Assembly: GCA_035283325.1 (NCBI GenBank)
Contig: DATEUF010000056.1
Coordinates: 5,908-69,907 of the forward strand
Reading direction: 5' to 3'
Origin: Pyrinomonadaceae bacterium
GTDB taxonomy: Bacteria > Acidobacteriota > Blastocatellia > Pyrinomonadales > Pyrinomonadaceae
Length of the DNA stretch: 64,000 nucleotides
Under the pieces are notes generated by a model. It did not search any database, had not been told where the DNA came from, and saw only the letters and a program-made list of their open reading frames with translations. Within the stretch, counting starts at the first letter, position 1; the number at the start of each line of letters is the position of its first letter. The position numbers and the translations under genes were made by a program. Positions 10,531 to 19,000 of the stretch are shown here, piece by piece.

Positions 10531-10723
10531 AATAGACCCCACAAATCGATAGTGGGGTAAAAGCGTGGCGTTAGCCTGGGTTGCTTATGACAAAGGCTTG
10601 TCTAGTTTGGACGTTCGATTTTGGTAATTTCAAACTCATGCGGGGTCTTTGAGTGATCAAAGGTGACTAGAAATCTATCAAAGAAGCCTGTGCGCCCCAA
10701 GATTATCGGCCAAGACAGTTTTT

Positions 10724-11095
10724 TCATAAATCCGCCCATGCTTCAAAAGTCCAATTGTTTTCCACCTGTAGCTTGATCTTGTGAAAGTACAAAGGCTCTG
10801 TAGGGCCACCTATGATACCTCCTAACGATCCTTGCGGAGTGTTAGCTAAATCGATCTTGAGGAAATCGGCTATATCGCTCTTGAATAGGCAATAAGGCGA
10901 CCCAGAATCAACCACAGCCTGAATGCGAACCAATGATAGATGTTGATAAAGACATCGTACCCAAAGCACAGGCATTGATTGCACAATCATTCCGGGCGGC
11001 CCTGCGTTCGGTTTTAACGGAAAGTCCGTATATTGTCTTCTAATGCTTGACACTGGAATAAACTGCCGGAATCCATGCCTTAGGAGACCACACAA
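10724..11095 (-). CDS. Retropepsin-like (clan AA) aspartic protease domain protein; start uncertain
   Basis: 'AVVDSGSPYCLF' resembles the D-S/T-G active-site loop, and 'GGIIGG' is flap-like. The size suits a dimeric retropepsin. Candidate starts are TTG 11095, GTG 11053 and ATG 10990. Confidence 0.5.
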   Translation of the reverse strand: MCGLLRHGFRQFIPVSSIRRQYTDFPLKPNAGPPGMIVQSMPVLWVRCLYQHLSLVRIQAVVDSGSPYCLFKSDIADFLKIDLANTPQGSLGGIIGGPTEPLYFHKIKLQVENNWTFEAWADL

Positions 11096-11243
11096 GAAGG
11101 GGATCGTCCTCGCCGTTCTCCTTAGCTTCTTCGATGGCTGGGGCTATGTCTTCTCCACGGCCTACGATCTTCTTTTCGTCTTGGGTTAGGGCTAGCCAGC
11201 TCTCTCCCGAAACGTTCTCTAATAATTTGGATAGATCGGACAT
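11040..11243 (-). CDS. DUF5678-like small protein
   Basis: 67 aa with GGAGAG upstream of ATG 11243. '...SWLALTQDEKKIVGRGEDIAPAIEEAKENGEDDPLLVWSP' fits my recollection of the DUF5678 pattern (W-hydrophobic, G..., EAK..G...P). Confidence 0.5.
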   Translation of the reverse strand: MSDLSKLLENVSGESWLALTQDEKKIVGRGEDIAPAIEEAKENGEDDPLLVWSPKAWIPAVYSSVKH

Positions 11244-11318
11244 GACAGCTCTCCGTTTAGCGTTTAAGGAGGTCTGATGTTGCCAGAAAGAACAACGGTT
11301 GACAAGCCGAACCTGGCG

Positions 11319-11347
11319 TTGACAACATCTGTATCATATGATACATT
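11319..11347 (+). promoter_or_regulatory. Candidate promoter with an overlapping perfect 16-bp palindromic operator
   Basis: TTGACA (11319-11324), a 17-nt spacer, then TACATT (11342-11347). The palindrome TGTATCATATGATACA occupies 11330-11345. The ATG of the RHH gene is at 11357. Confidence 0.5.
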
Positions 11348-11356
11348 TGCGTCATT

Positions 11357-11554
11357 ATGGAAAAGAAAACCATCAACCTTCGAGACTTGCCAGAAGATTT
11401 CGTCAGGCAGGCCAAAGCATATGCGGCACTTAGTGGCTTAAGCCTTAAAGATTTTGTGCTACAGGCGGTTCAAGCCGCCATGCAAAAGGAAATTCAACCC
11501 AAGTTTGCAGGTGCTATGTTTGCGCGAAGTCCGAAGAAACGAAGCGGAAGATAA
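11357..11554 (+). CDS. Ribbon-helix-helix (Arc/FitA/VapB-like) antitoxin-type DNA-binding protein
   Basis: 'INLRDLPEDFVRQAKAYAALSGLSLKDFVLQAV' is the typical beta-strand plus two-helix RHH pattern of FitA/VapB-like antitoxins. Confidence 0.65.
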   Translation: MEKKTINLRDLPEDFVRQAKAYAALSGLSLKDFVLQAVQAAMQKEIQPKFAGAMFARSPKKRSGR

Positions 11555-11556
11555 CA

Positions 11557-11589
11557 GAGGCCCAAAACGGCGCCAACCGTTCGGGCCTC
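11557..11589 (+). terminator. Stem-loop immediately after the RHH gene (no U-tract)
   Basis: GAGGCCCAAAACGG cgccaa CCGTTCGGGCCTC. The stem has one mismatch. Confidence 0.3.
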
Positions 11590-11673
11590 ATTGAAAACCG
11601 AAACGCGATTGCTCACGTTGGCTTCCAAGCAAACCAATTTTGAGCCAATCGCCGACGAAAGGCAAGGCTCAAA

Positions 11674-12630
11674 ATGACCTGTCACAATTGCCAAATTAAG
11701 GCTATCAAAGCCGGAAAAGATCGGAAGGGCAACTAGAGATTCAGATGTAACAAGTGCAAGCGTAGATTCCAAGCCGAACTGCAAAAGCTATTCGGCAATA
11801 TGTACCTTCCCGAAGATAAGGCTCTGATGATCCTCCAATTGCTTGTCGAAGGAAATTCCATTCGGTCAATCGAGAGAATCACAGGCGTTGAAAAGCATAT
11901 GGTCTGCTCGTTACTCAATCTCGCAGGCGAACGTTGTGAACGTCTCTTAGAGCGCAAGATGTGTCGCGTCCAGGTTAATGAACTCCAGTTTGATGAAATC
12001 TGGACATATGTTGGTATGAAGGAAAAAACCAAAACTCGCAAGGGCAAGGTAAGCGATAAGTTGGGAGACGCCTATTGCTTTGTTGGCTTCGAGCGAGACA
12101 GCAAGTTAATCCTGTCTTGGCATCTTGGCCGGAGAGATGAAGTTAATACCCTAGCGTTCACGGAAAAGATATTCCAGGCAATTGACGGAACCACTAACAA
12201 GGTACAAATCACGACGGATGGTTTCAAAGCCAACGAGCCAGCAATAGCTTTGTCGCTGGGAGTAAGAAGCAGCTATGCACAGCTTGTCAAAATCTACGGC
12301 ATACCATTAGACGCCGAAGATCAGCATCGTTACTCGCCCAGCAAGATTAAGGAGGCTATACCAACCCCCTTGTGGGGAAGTCCGAATCCTGACCGCATCT
12401 ACACATCACACGTTGAAAGACAAAACCTGAACATTAGGACGGCCCTCCGGAGATTCACGCGCTTGACTATCGGCTTTTCAAAGAAGTGGGAGAACCTGAA
12501 GGCCGCCCTTGCATTGTATTTTGCCTATTACAACTTTGTTCGCGTCCACTCAAGCATACGCTGTACCCCAGCAATGCAAAGCGGTATTACTAACCACGTT
12601 TGGAGTCTAAGAGACTTACTCGCGTCGTGA
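11674..12630 (+). pseudogene. IS1-family-like transposase interrupted by an in-frame TAG (11734-11736)
   Basis: ATG 11674 encodes 'MTCHNCQIKAIKAGKDRKGN*RFRCNKCKRRF...' (a CxxC...CxxC zinc finger), in the same frame as the 276-aa ORF 11800-12630. That ORF carries 'DEIWTYVG', 'TTDGFKA' and 'HVERQNLNIRTALRRFTRLTIGFSKK...YNFVRVH'. Confidence 0.75.
11674..12630 (+). mobile_element. IS1-like insertion sequence remnant (terminal inverted repeats not resolved)
   Basis: Transposase motifs as above. Only a weak ATTGAAA(A)C match was found between the flanks (about 11599 and about 12672), so the element ends are unknown. Confidence 0.5.
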
Positions 12631-12968
12631 GAGATAAGCATTGGGGCAAACGTTGGAAACGTCTATCCGTTTCAATCTGTGGCGGTGTGACGATAATCGT
12701 CTTGTTGTGGGCGGTCAACTACCTCGCAGCCATTCAAAACAACGGCCGGCTAATGAACATTTCCTTTATGCTTCTGTTTTGGACTTGGCCCTTATTCGGA
12801 GCTGTCATTGACAAGGTTACGGGCACACAATCGGTATGGTGGCCGAACGCGTGGGGGTTGCCTTTAAGCCTTCTGTTTGACTTGATCGTTTTCTCAGGTT
12901 TTTGTTATTGCACTCTTTGGCTGATCGCACAGTGTAGAAAGGTATTTCCGAGAGGTGCCTCGCAGTAA
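12600..12968 (+). CDS. Hypothetical membrane protein
   Basis: ORF track only. Three or four hydrophobic segments ('VTIIVLLWAVNYLAAI', 'FMLLFWTWPLFGAVI', 'LPLSLLFDLIVFSGFCYCTLWLI'). The TTG or GTG start overlaps the transposase stop. Confidence 0.35.
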   Translation: MESKRLTRVVRDKHWGKRWKRLSVSICGGVTIIVLLWAVNYLAAIQNNGRLMNISFMLLFWTWPLFGAVIDKVTGTQSVWWPNAWGLPLSLLFDLIVFSGFCYCTLWLIAQCRKVFPRGASQ

Positions 12969-13058
12969 GTATGAAAGAGCTAACCAAATTCGAGGCCCAC
13001 CAGCCATCTCCACAGAATTACCCCACTATCCACAAATCCTTATCTCACGGAGGTTACT

Positions 13059-13469
13059 ATGAGCATCAATGACCTCACCCGAATAATCATAGGCTGCGCC
13101 TATAAGGTTCACAACTTACTCGGTCCAGGTTTTCTTGAGGAAGTCTATGAGAACTCGCTCAGAATTGAGCTGGAGAAGCTCAGTATCGATGTCAAACAAC
13201 AGGAGCCGATCGCCGTTACTTACGATGGTCAGATTGTCGGAGAGTACCGCGCCGACCTCTGGATAGATAATCGACTGATCATCGAGATCAAGGGCATTCG
13301 AGCCCTGGCAAAGGAGCACGAGGTTCAATTAGTCAATTATCTTGCGGCAACTGGCATCGACAATGGCCTGCTGATAAACTTTGGACCATCTGTAGAGGTG
13401 AAACGCAAATTTCGCGAGTACAAGCCGCCGTCTAGCTTGGAGGCCCGTCTTCTGGAACCGAATACCTAA
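13059..13469 (+). CDS. GxxExxY protein (PD-(D/E)XK nuclease-like, PDDEXK_3 family)
   Basis: 'GPGFLEEVYENSL' (the GxxExxY motif), 'YRADLWIDNRLIIEIK', 'QLVNYL...GLLINF'. GGAGG lies 6 nt upstream of the ATG. Confidence 0.85.
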   Translation: MSINDLTRIIIGCAYKVHNLLGPGFLEEVYENSLRIELEKLSIDVKQQEPIAVTYDGQIVGEYRADLWIDNRLIIEIKGIRALAKEHEVQLVNYLAATGIDNGLLINFGPSVEVKRKFREYKPPSSLEARLLEPNT

Positions 13470-13493
13470 GTTTGTGCTTTTTAGAGCGGTATT

Positions 13494-13970
13494 GTGAAAC
13501 GGAGCAATCCTTCCTTTGGAGAAAAACAACAGCAGTGCGTGCGGCGTATCTGCCTAGCATTGCCCGGGACGACAGAGGAACTCTCGCATGGCGAACCAAC
13601 GTTCTTCGTCGGCAAAAAAGTGTTCGCACTGTTCTCAAACAACCATCATAACGACGGCCATATTGCAGTCTGTATTCCTGCGGCAATTGGTATTCAGGCA
13701 ATGCTAATCGAGGCTTCGCCCGATAAATTCTACAAACCGCCTTGCGTTGGTGTACGAGGATGGGTAGGTATAGAGCTCGAACGAGTCAGCGAGGAAGAAT
13801 TGGCTCTGCATCTGCATGAGGCATGGCGTCTAATTGCACCTCAAAAGCTGCGTGCGCTTCAGGAGACACAGGAATCCATCACCAGCGGAAAAGACGACGG
13901 GGGAATGGAATACGTAATTTCCACTCCCTCAAAGAAAACCGTTTCCACAAAGCATTCAAAAGGAAGATAG
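13494..13970 (+). CDS. MmcQ/YjbR family DNA-binding protein
   Basis: '[27 protein letters not shown]' and 'RGWVGIEL' are typical of the YjbR family. Confidence 0.7.
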   Translation: MKRSNPSFGEKQQQCVRRICLALPGTTEELSHGEPTFFVGKKVFALFSNNHHNDGHIAVCIPAAIGIQAMLIEASPDKFYKPPCVGVRGWVGIELERVSEEELALHLHEAWRLIAPQKLRALQETQESITSGKDDGGMEYVISTPSKKTVSTKHSKGR

Positions 13971-14010
13971 CGCCCAGAAATCCGGTTGGTGTCGCCGGGT
14001 GCTTAAGCGA

Positions 14011-14577
14011 TCACGGGCTAACGGCTGCATCCTCTGGACGCTTTTTAACGTACACCTCACCGCGAGTGGTCATCCCGGCCTTTTCGGCCAGCGCCCTCAG
14101 CACCGAAGCCAGTAGCTCTCTATTGTCCAAACGGAAACTAGTCACGCCCGAAACTCGCGTATCGGGATCACTGTATTGGAGCGTCAGGTAGCGAACTTTC
14201 GTTTTTATGAAATGCGCGGGCAGTGCGTAAATAATCGGGACGCTGCTGGCAACCGTGGCTGCAGCAGGCCGACGCTTCTGTGTGTCGGCAAATGCTGACG
14301 TCACGGCGTCGTACGGAATAAAGAGAACCTCCCGCTGTTGCTTATTCCTAAACAGCAGCCGGCGGTTGACGTCGTCAAAGGTGAGCGTGCCTTCAATCGC
14401 CTTGTTGTAGCCAAACACGCCCCCTTCGTATTTTGCCTTGAACGTCTGCGGAGCGGGAGGAGGCGCTGCCTTACTTGCGTCGGCTGGTCCGGAATCAATA
14501 GTTCGCGGCCTTTGAGCTGCAATCCCTGTCGCTAGCGCTCCCACGAGTACAAGAACACCGATAAATCTCATATTCAT
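14011..14577 (-). CDS. Secreted hypothetical protein
   Basis: Signal peptide 'MNMRFIGVLVLVGALATGIAAQ'. No recognised domain. Confidence 0.6.
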   Translation of the reverse strand: MNMRFIGVLVLVGALATGIAAQRPRTIDSGPADASKAAPPPAPQTFKAKYEGGVFGYNKAIEGTLTFDDVNRRLLFRNKQQREVLFIPYDAVTSAFADTQKRRPAAATVASSVPIIYALPAHFIKTKVRYLTLQYSDPDTRVSGVTSFRLDNRELLASVLRALAEKAGMTTRGEVYVKKRPEDAAVSP

Positions 14578-14586
14578 TTCTCCCGT

Positions 14587-15828
14587 TTACTTTGCAAACG
14601 GCCTTATCCGCTCCGCTGCCTCCTTGAAATCCGTATCACCTGGAGCGAGGCTCAAACCCTTCTCGTAAGCGAAGAGCGCCTTTGCGTACTGCTTTGTCAC
14701 CTCGTAAGCGTAGCCCAATTCACGATAGACGTTGACATCATCCGGGCTCTTTGTCACGGCGGACTGTAGCGCGGCAATAGCTTTAGGAAAACTGTTCGCG
14801 CGGGAGTGGGCCACACCCAGCAGGTAGAATGTCACACCCGAGGCATTTGGCGCAGCTGTTGCGCGCTCGAGGGCGGCGGCCGCTCGCGCATACTGTTTCG
14901 CGCCAATCAAAGCCTGACCAAACATAGTAATCGACTCAACGTCAGTCTTCACTTTAATCAGGCCTTCGCCGGCACGAACCGCATTCAAATAATCAGCCTC
15001 GGCCTTGGCAGCATCTTCACTCAACGCCGCTCGCCTGAGGTAAGCTGAAGTCAGCAGCGTCCAGCCTGCTGCCAGGCGTGGATCGTTTACCGTCGCGCGA
15101 TTCAACGCAGAAATTCCACCATCTAAATCATTCTTCGCCAGGGCAATCTGACCCAAATAGAATAGCGGCAGAGCATCCTTTGGATTTAGCTTGACCACCG
15201 AATTAAAGGTTCGCTCTGCATCCAACGGTTTTCCCGATCTATATTCGGCGAGCCCACGATAATAGAGCAGGAGGGGGTCGGGCTGGGCGCCTCGCCGGGT
15301 TGTGGCGGTGACAAGTAGCGGCAGCGCACGATCAAACTTCTCCGACAGAACATAAGCTTGCCCTAGCGCGTCGACTGTCTTCGGGTCTTCCTGTTTCGCT
15401 CCCCGCTGAAGCTCGAGAGCCTTCTCCAGAGCGTTTGCGGCCTGGGGATACTGCTTCAGGTATAGCTCGGCAAAACCGGCAATCTTCCACGCCTCTGCGT
15501 CATTTGGAAATTGGGCGGCTATGTCCCTTGCTTCCTTAGCTGCTGCGGCGAACTGTTTTTGTTGCAACAATTGATAAGCGTGCGTAGTGTCTCCCGCCGC
15601 GGTTGTATTCACCACCGGTCTGACGGGTTGCACCTCCAGCAAAGGGGCGTTTGGGTTGCTTTTCGCGGTTGAGCTGGTTGTTGGTTGCGGGCGCAAAAGA
15701 GGCTCTTCGGCTGGCCTTTGAGGCTGCCTCACCCGACGAGGCCGGCTCGACTGGGCACTAGCAGTTCCCGCTAATACAAACGCAAGCGCTGCCATCAAAA
15801 GAGCTGGCTTTAGACACGAATTGTTCAT
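14587..15828 (-). CDS. Secreted tetratricopeptide-repeat protein
   Basis: Signal peptide followed by multiple TPR-like 34-aa repeats (for example 'AEAWKIAGFAELYLKQYPQAANALEKALEL'). Confidence 0.8.
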   Translation of the reverse strand: MNNSCLKPALLMAALAFVLAGTASAQSSRPRRVRQPQRPAEEPLLRPQPTTSSTAKSNPNAPLLEVQPVRPVVNTTAAGDTTHAYQLLQQKQFAAAAKEARDIAAQFPNDAEAWKIAGFAELYLKQYPQAANALEKALELQRGAKQEDPKTVDALGQAYVLSEKFDRALPLLVTATTRRGAQPDPLLLYYRGLAEYRSGKPLDAERTFNSVVKLNPKDALPLFYLGQIALAKNDLDGGISALNRATVNDPRLAAGWTLLTSAYLRRAALSEDAAKAEADYLNAVRAGEGLIKVKTDVESITMFGQALIGAKQYARAAAALERATAAPNASGVTFYLLGVAHSRANSFPKAIAALQSAVTKSPDDVNVYRELGYAYEVTKQYAKALFAYEKGLSLAPGDTDFKEAAERIRPFAK

Positions 15829-16017
15829 AGAAATTATTCCTGGGAGAGGGGTTAGCGTTCGAAGTCTAGGGCCTTTGAACGGAAAAACACACTTGAAACC
15901 GCAATGCTTCGGATGCCCAAAGCGACAATTAAGTTCGCCCCACAGGCGTCCAATAACGCTCGACCGGGGGGCCGGCTGAGCTCAGCGTCTTAGATTATAG
16001 GCGAACTTTGTCCGGGG

Positions 16018-19000
16018 TTAGAAGTTTAGTTTTAATCCAAACTGGAACTGCCGGGGATCAAAGGAAGCGGTTGGGCGGCTGTAGTACCGACCATTACTGG
16101 CACGCAGCCTGAAAGCGTTTACGTCGTCGATGAAAGGCGATGCCGAAGCCTCATTAAAACGATTAAAGAGATTGAATCCTTCGGCAATAACATCAAGCCT
16201 CAGTCGTTCACCAATGCGGATCGACCGAGTTAGCCGCATGTCCAGTGACGCAAACCTGTGTGTCAGCCCCGCATTTCGTCCAAGTGCCCCAGCTGAAAAC
16301 GGGGGCGGAATTACCAACGTGCCGTCTCCGGATACATTGGGGCGGTCCGTCTGATTTGACTGGTCGTTGTTAGTATCCTGGTTGCTCAGAATATTAAAAG
16401 GACGACCGGAAGAGATCTCAAAGATTGGTGCTAGAGTGAAGTCCGATAGGAATCGATGAAGGCCGTCGCCGGAGCGCCAGCTCGCCGGAGAGGAGATGAC
16501 AGAGCTGAAGACGAACCGGTGCCGCTGATCAAAGAGGGAGTCAGCACGCTCTGCGCGAAAGTTGAAATTGTCCTGAGGCAGCAGCAATGTCTGCAGATCA
16601 GAGGAATCGTCGATGGAGTGGGACCAGGTATACGATGCCAGAAACTGGAAGTGGTTGGAAAAGCGCTTCTTTAGATCGACATTCAAAGCATTATAGTTGG
16701 AGTTACCGTCAGAAGTTTGAGCATTGACGGAACCGAAGGGTGATATGGCTCCCGTTGTGCGTAAGGATCCAGACAAGGCGGCATTCAAGACTGTGGGAGT
16801 AACAAGTCCACGGGATAGTGCCTGCGCGAGAAAATAGTTGGGTGCGTTAGGCCGGAAGAAATTCGCTATGCCGGCATTAACAATTCTGCTCCCTAGATTC
16901 GTGAGCGGCGCCGCAATCATGCCCGGAATGATGATTGCAAAAGTTTGGCCTGCGGTCCCATAAGGTACAGGATTGCCGGTAGGCGTGGACTGAACAAAGC
17001 ATTGAAGAGGCACGCCGAATGGACAAGGCCCGCCACTCGTCGGAATGGAAAAGGCAATCGCTTCAGTTGTGCTCAACGGGTTGCGCCCCGCCCAGCGCAC
17101 AAAGTTGGCGATCTGGAGATCTGTTCGTGGAGCATTCACGTCAAGCGGGTGTGGCAGGTGGTGTGCGCCGACGAACAGATAACTCGCCGACAGCGTCATG
17201 TTCTTTGTCAATTCCTGCTCTATCGTTAAGTTTGCCTGATTGGCATAGGCATACTCGAAGTCTTTATTCACATGCAGCGTGAACGGCAGCACCGGACCAA
17301 AGCCTGGAAAAGTCTGGTCGTTGAACCGTTGCCGGCCGAATTGATACTGCGCCGTGGATGCCACTCCGGGTGTGCAGTTAACACCTGGCACAGCTCCCGT
17401 GAACGAACAAGGGGTGACAGTACCCTGAAATACCTGCACTGCATTTAAAGGGGACCTGGGGTCTGGACTTCCCGGAATCAAAATCGCCTGTTGTTGCTGA
17501 ACAGCATCAGCAATATCTGAGTTGAACGCGACCGCCAGAAGCGGGTGATCGTAAAAAATTCCATAGGCGGCGCGAACTACAGTCTTCGCATTATTACGAA
17601 CATCCCAGGCCATGGCGATGCGAGGCGCGTAGTTGTTCTTATCACGCGGGAATCCCTGTTGCACGTTCAGCGCGTCTTGCGCGGCCAGGATGTCTGCGGG
17701 CGAAAGATTTATTCCGGAGAGGGGATCGCGGAATCCGACAGATGGAATCTGCTGCGTAATCTCATAATCGTAACGTACGCCATAGTTGAGCGTTAGATTC
17801 GGCAGCGCTTTCCAGGAATCCTGAGCAAACCAGGCGACCGGCCTGTTGCGGATGCGGCTGATCGGATCGCCAAAGCCCTGAATGAAGTTTGCCGGAAAGC
17901 CGAGCCCGTACTGTTGGACAGGTGTGAAGTCGGGAGCTCCCAGGGCTCCCAACTGAGCGTTCAGAGTGCTTGCCGAGAGACCACCAAAGTTAAATAGGCC
18001 TGCGAAATTCAGCTCGAAGGTAGCTTGAGGAATTCTTATGAAGGCTATGTCACCGCCAAACTTGAGCGTGTGATTGCCGGCTATCAGATTCAAACTGTCG
18101 GTAAACTCGTAACGTGTCTCCGTGCGAATAACGGGTGAAAAGAGTTCTCGACCAATGAAGGCTGTTCCAGCGATGTTGAATGCCACGGCATCTCCATTCT
18201 GCGAACGAAACGTAGCCCGCCGCTCACCAAAGTTAAAACGCGCCTCGTTTACCATTGTGTTTGAAAGTGTCGAGGTAAGGGTTGCAACTGCTGAATAGTC
18301 TTTGATCTTAGTGATGCCGGTGCGCGAAAAGTCGTTTTGGCCCAGCGACTGGTTCTGCGATTCAACCTGAATACCGGTGATGGTGCTCGGATTGTAGCCA
18401 AACCTAAAGGTAAGCTGGTTGTTGCTGGTAATCAGGTGGTCCAGACGGAAAGAGCTGAACGACGTTCTGTCAGTGACCGGGAAAACACTCTGCAGATTCA
18501 GCAATGGGCGAAAGGCAATAAACTGGCCCGCCGAGTTGGTAGTGCCAATCGGAACGGGCGCTCCGGTTAAGAAAAATCGTGAGCCAATGGGCGCACCCAG
18601 AGGCAAACCCGGCACAGTTCCGGGGTTGGGTAACGGGTTTGAACCTGTGAGACCAGTGCTGCCACCGCTGGATGCGAGAAACGCATATTGTGTTGCCGCG
18701 CCAATCAGGGCCGCATTCCCGGACGCCAGCAAGGTATTGATGAAGGTTGCCTGTGGTGCTGTGAGGTTGCTGAAGGTCGTGGCACCCAGACCTGGAAGGG
18801 GAATAGTAACTGAACTTGTCAAGCCTTGCCGGACGTTGCTAGTAAAGAACCCCGACTCATTGCGGCGGCGCTGCTCGAAGGCAAAAAAGAAGAATGTTCT
18901 ATTCCTGTCAAATGGACCACCGAGAGTCAATCCGTATTGTGTGCGCGTAAACGCCGGCTTCGCAATGGGCGCAAATGGGTTGCGGGCCTGGTAACTCTTA

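Noticed and set aside
10724-11243. The possibility that the DUF5678-like and protease ORFs are joined by programmed frameshifting, as in retroelement gag-pro.
   Set aside because: The protease frame is +1 (not -1) relative to the upstream gene. I saw no slippery heptamer or downstream structure in the 56-nt overlap. Ordinary overlapping genes or an internal start are simpler explanations.
11555-12760. A search for terminal inverted repeats and target-site duplications of the IS1-like element.
   Set aside because: Only a 7-8 nt match (ATTGAAA(A)C, at about 11599 versus the reverse complement at about 12672) was found. That is too weak to define the ends, so the element boundaries are left open.
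13022-13033. CTATCCACA, an 8/9 match to the E. coli-type DnaA box TTATCCACA, upstream of the GxxExxY gene.
   Set aside because: It is an isolated single site 25 kb from dnaA. It also forms part of the local CCCCAC half-site motif, and the origin-proximal boxes in this genome are of the TTTTCCACA type.
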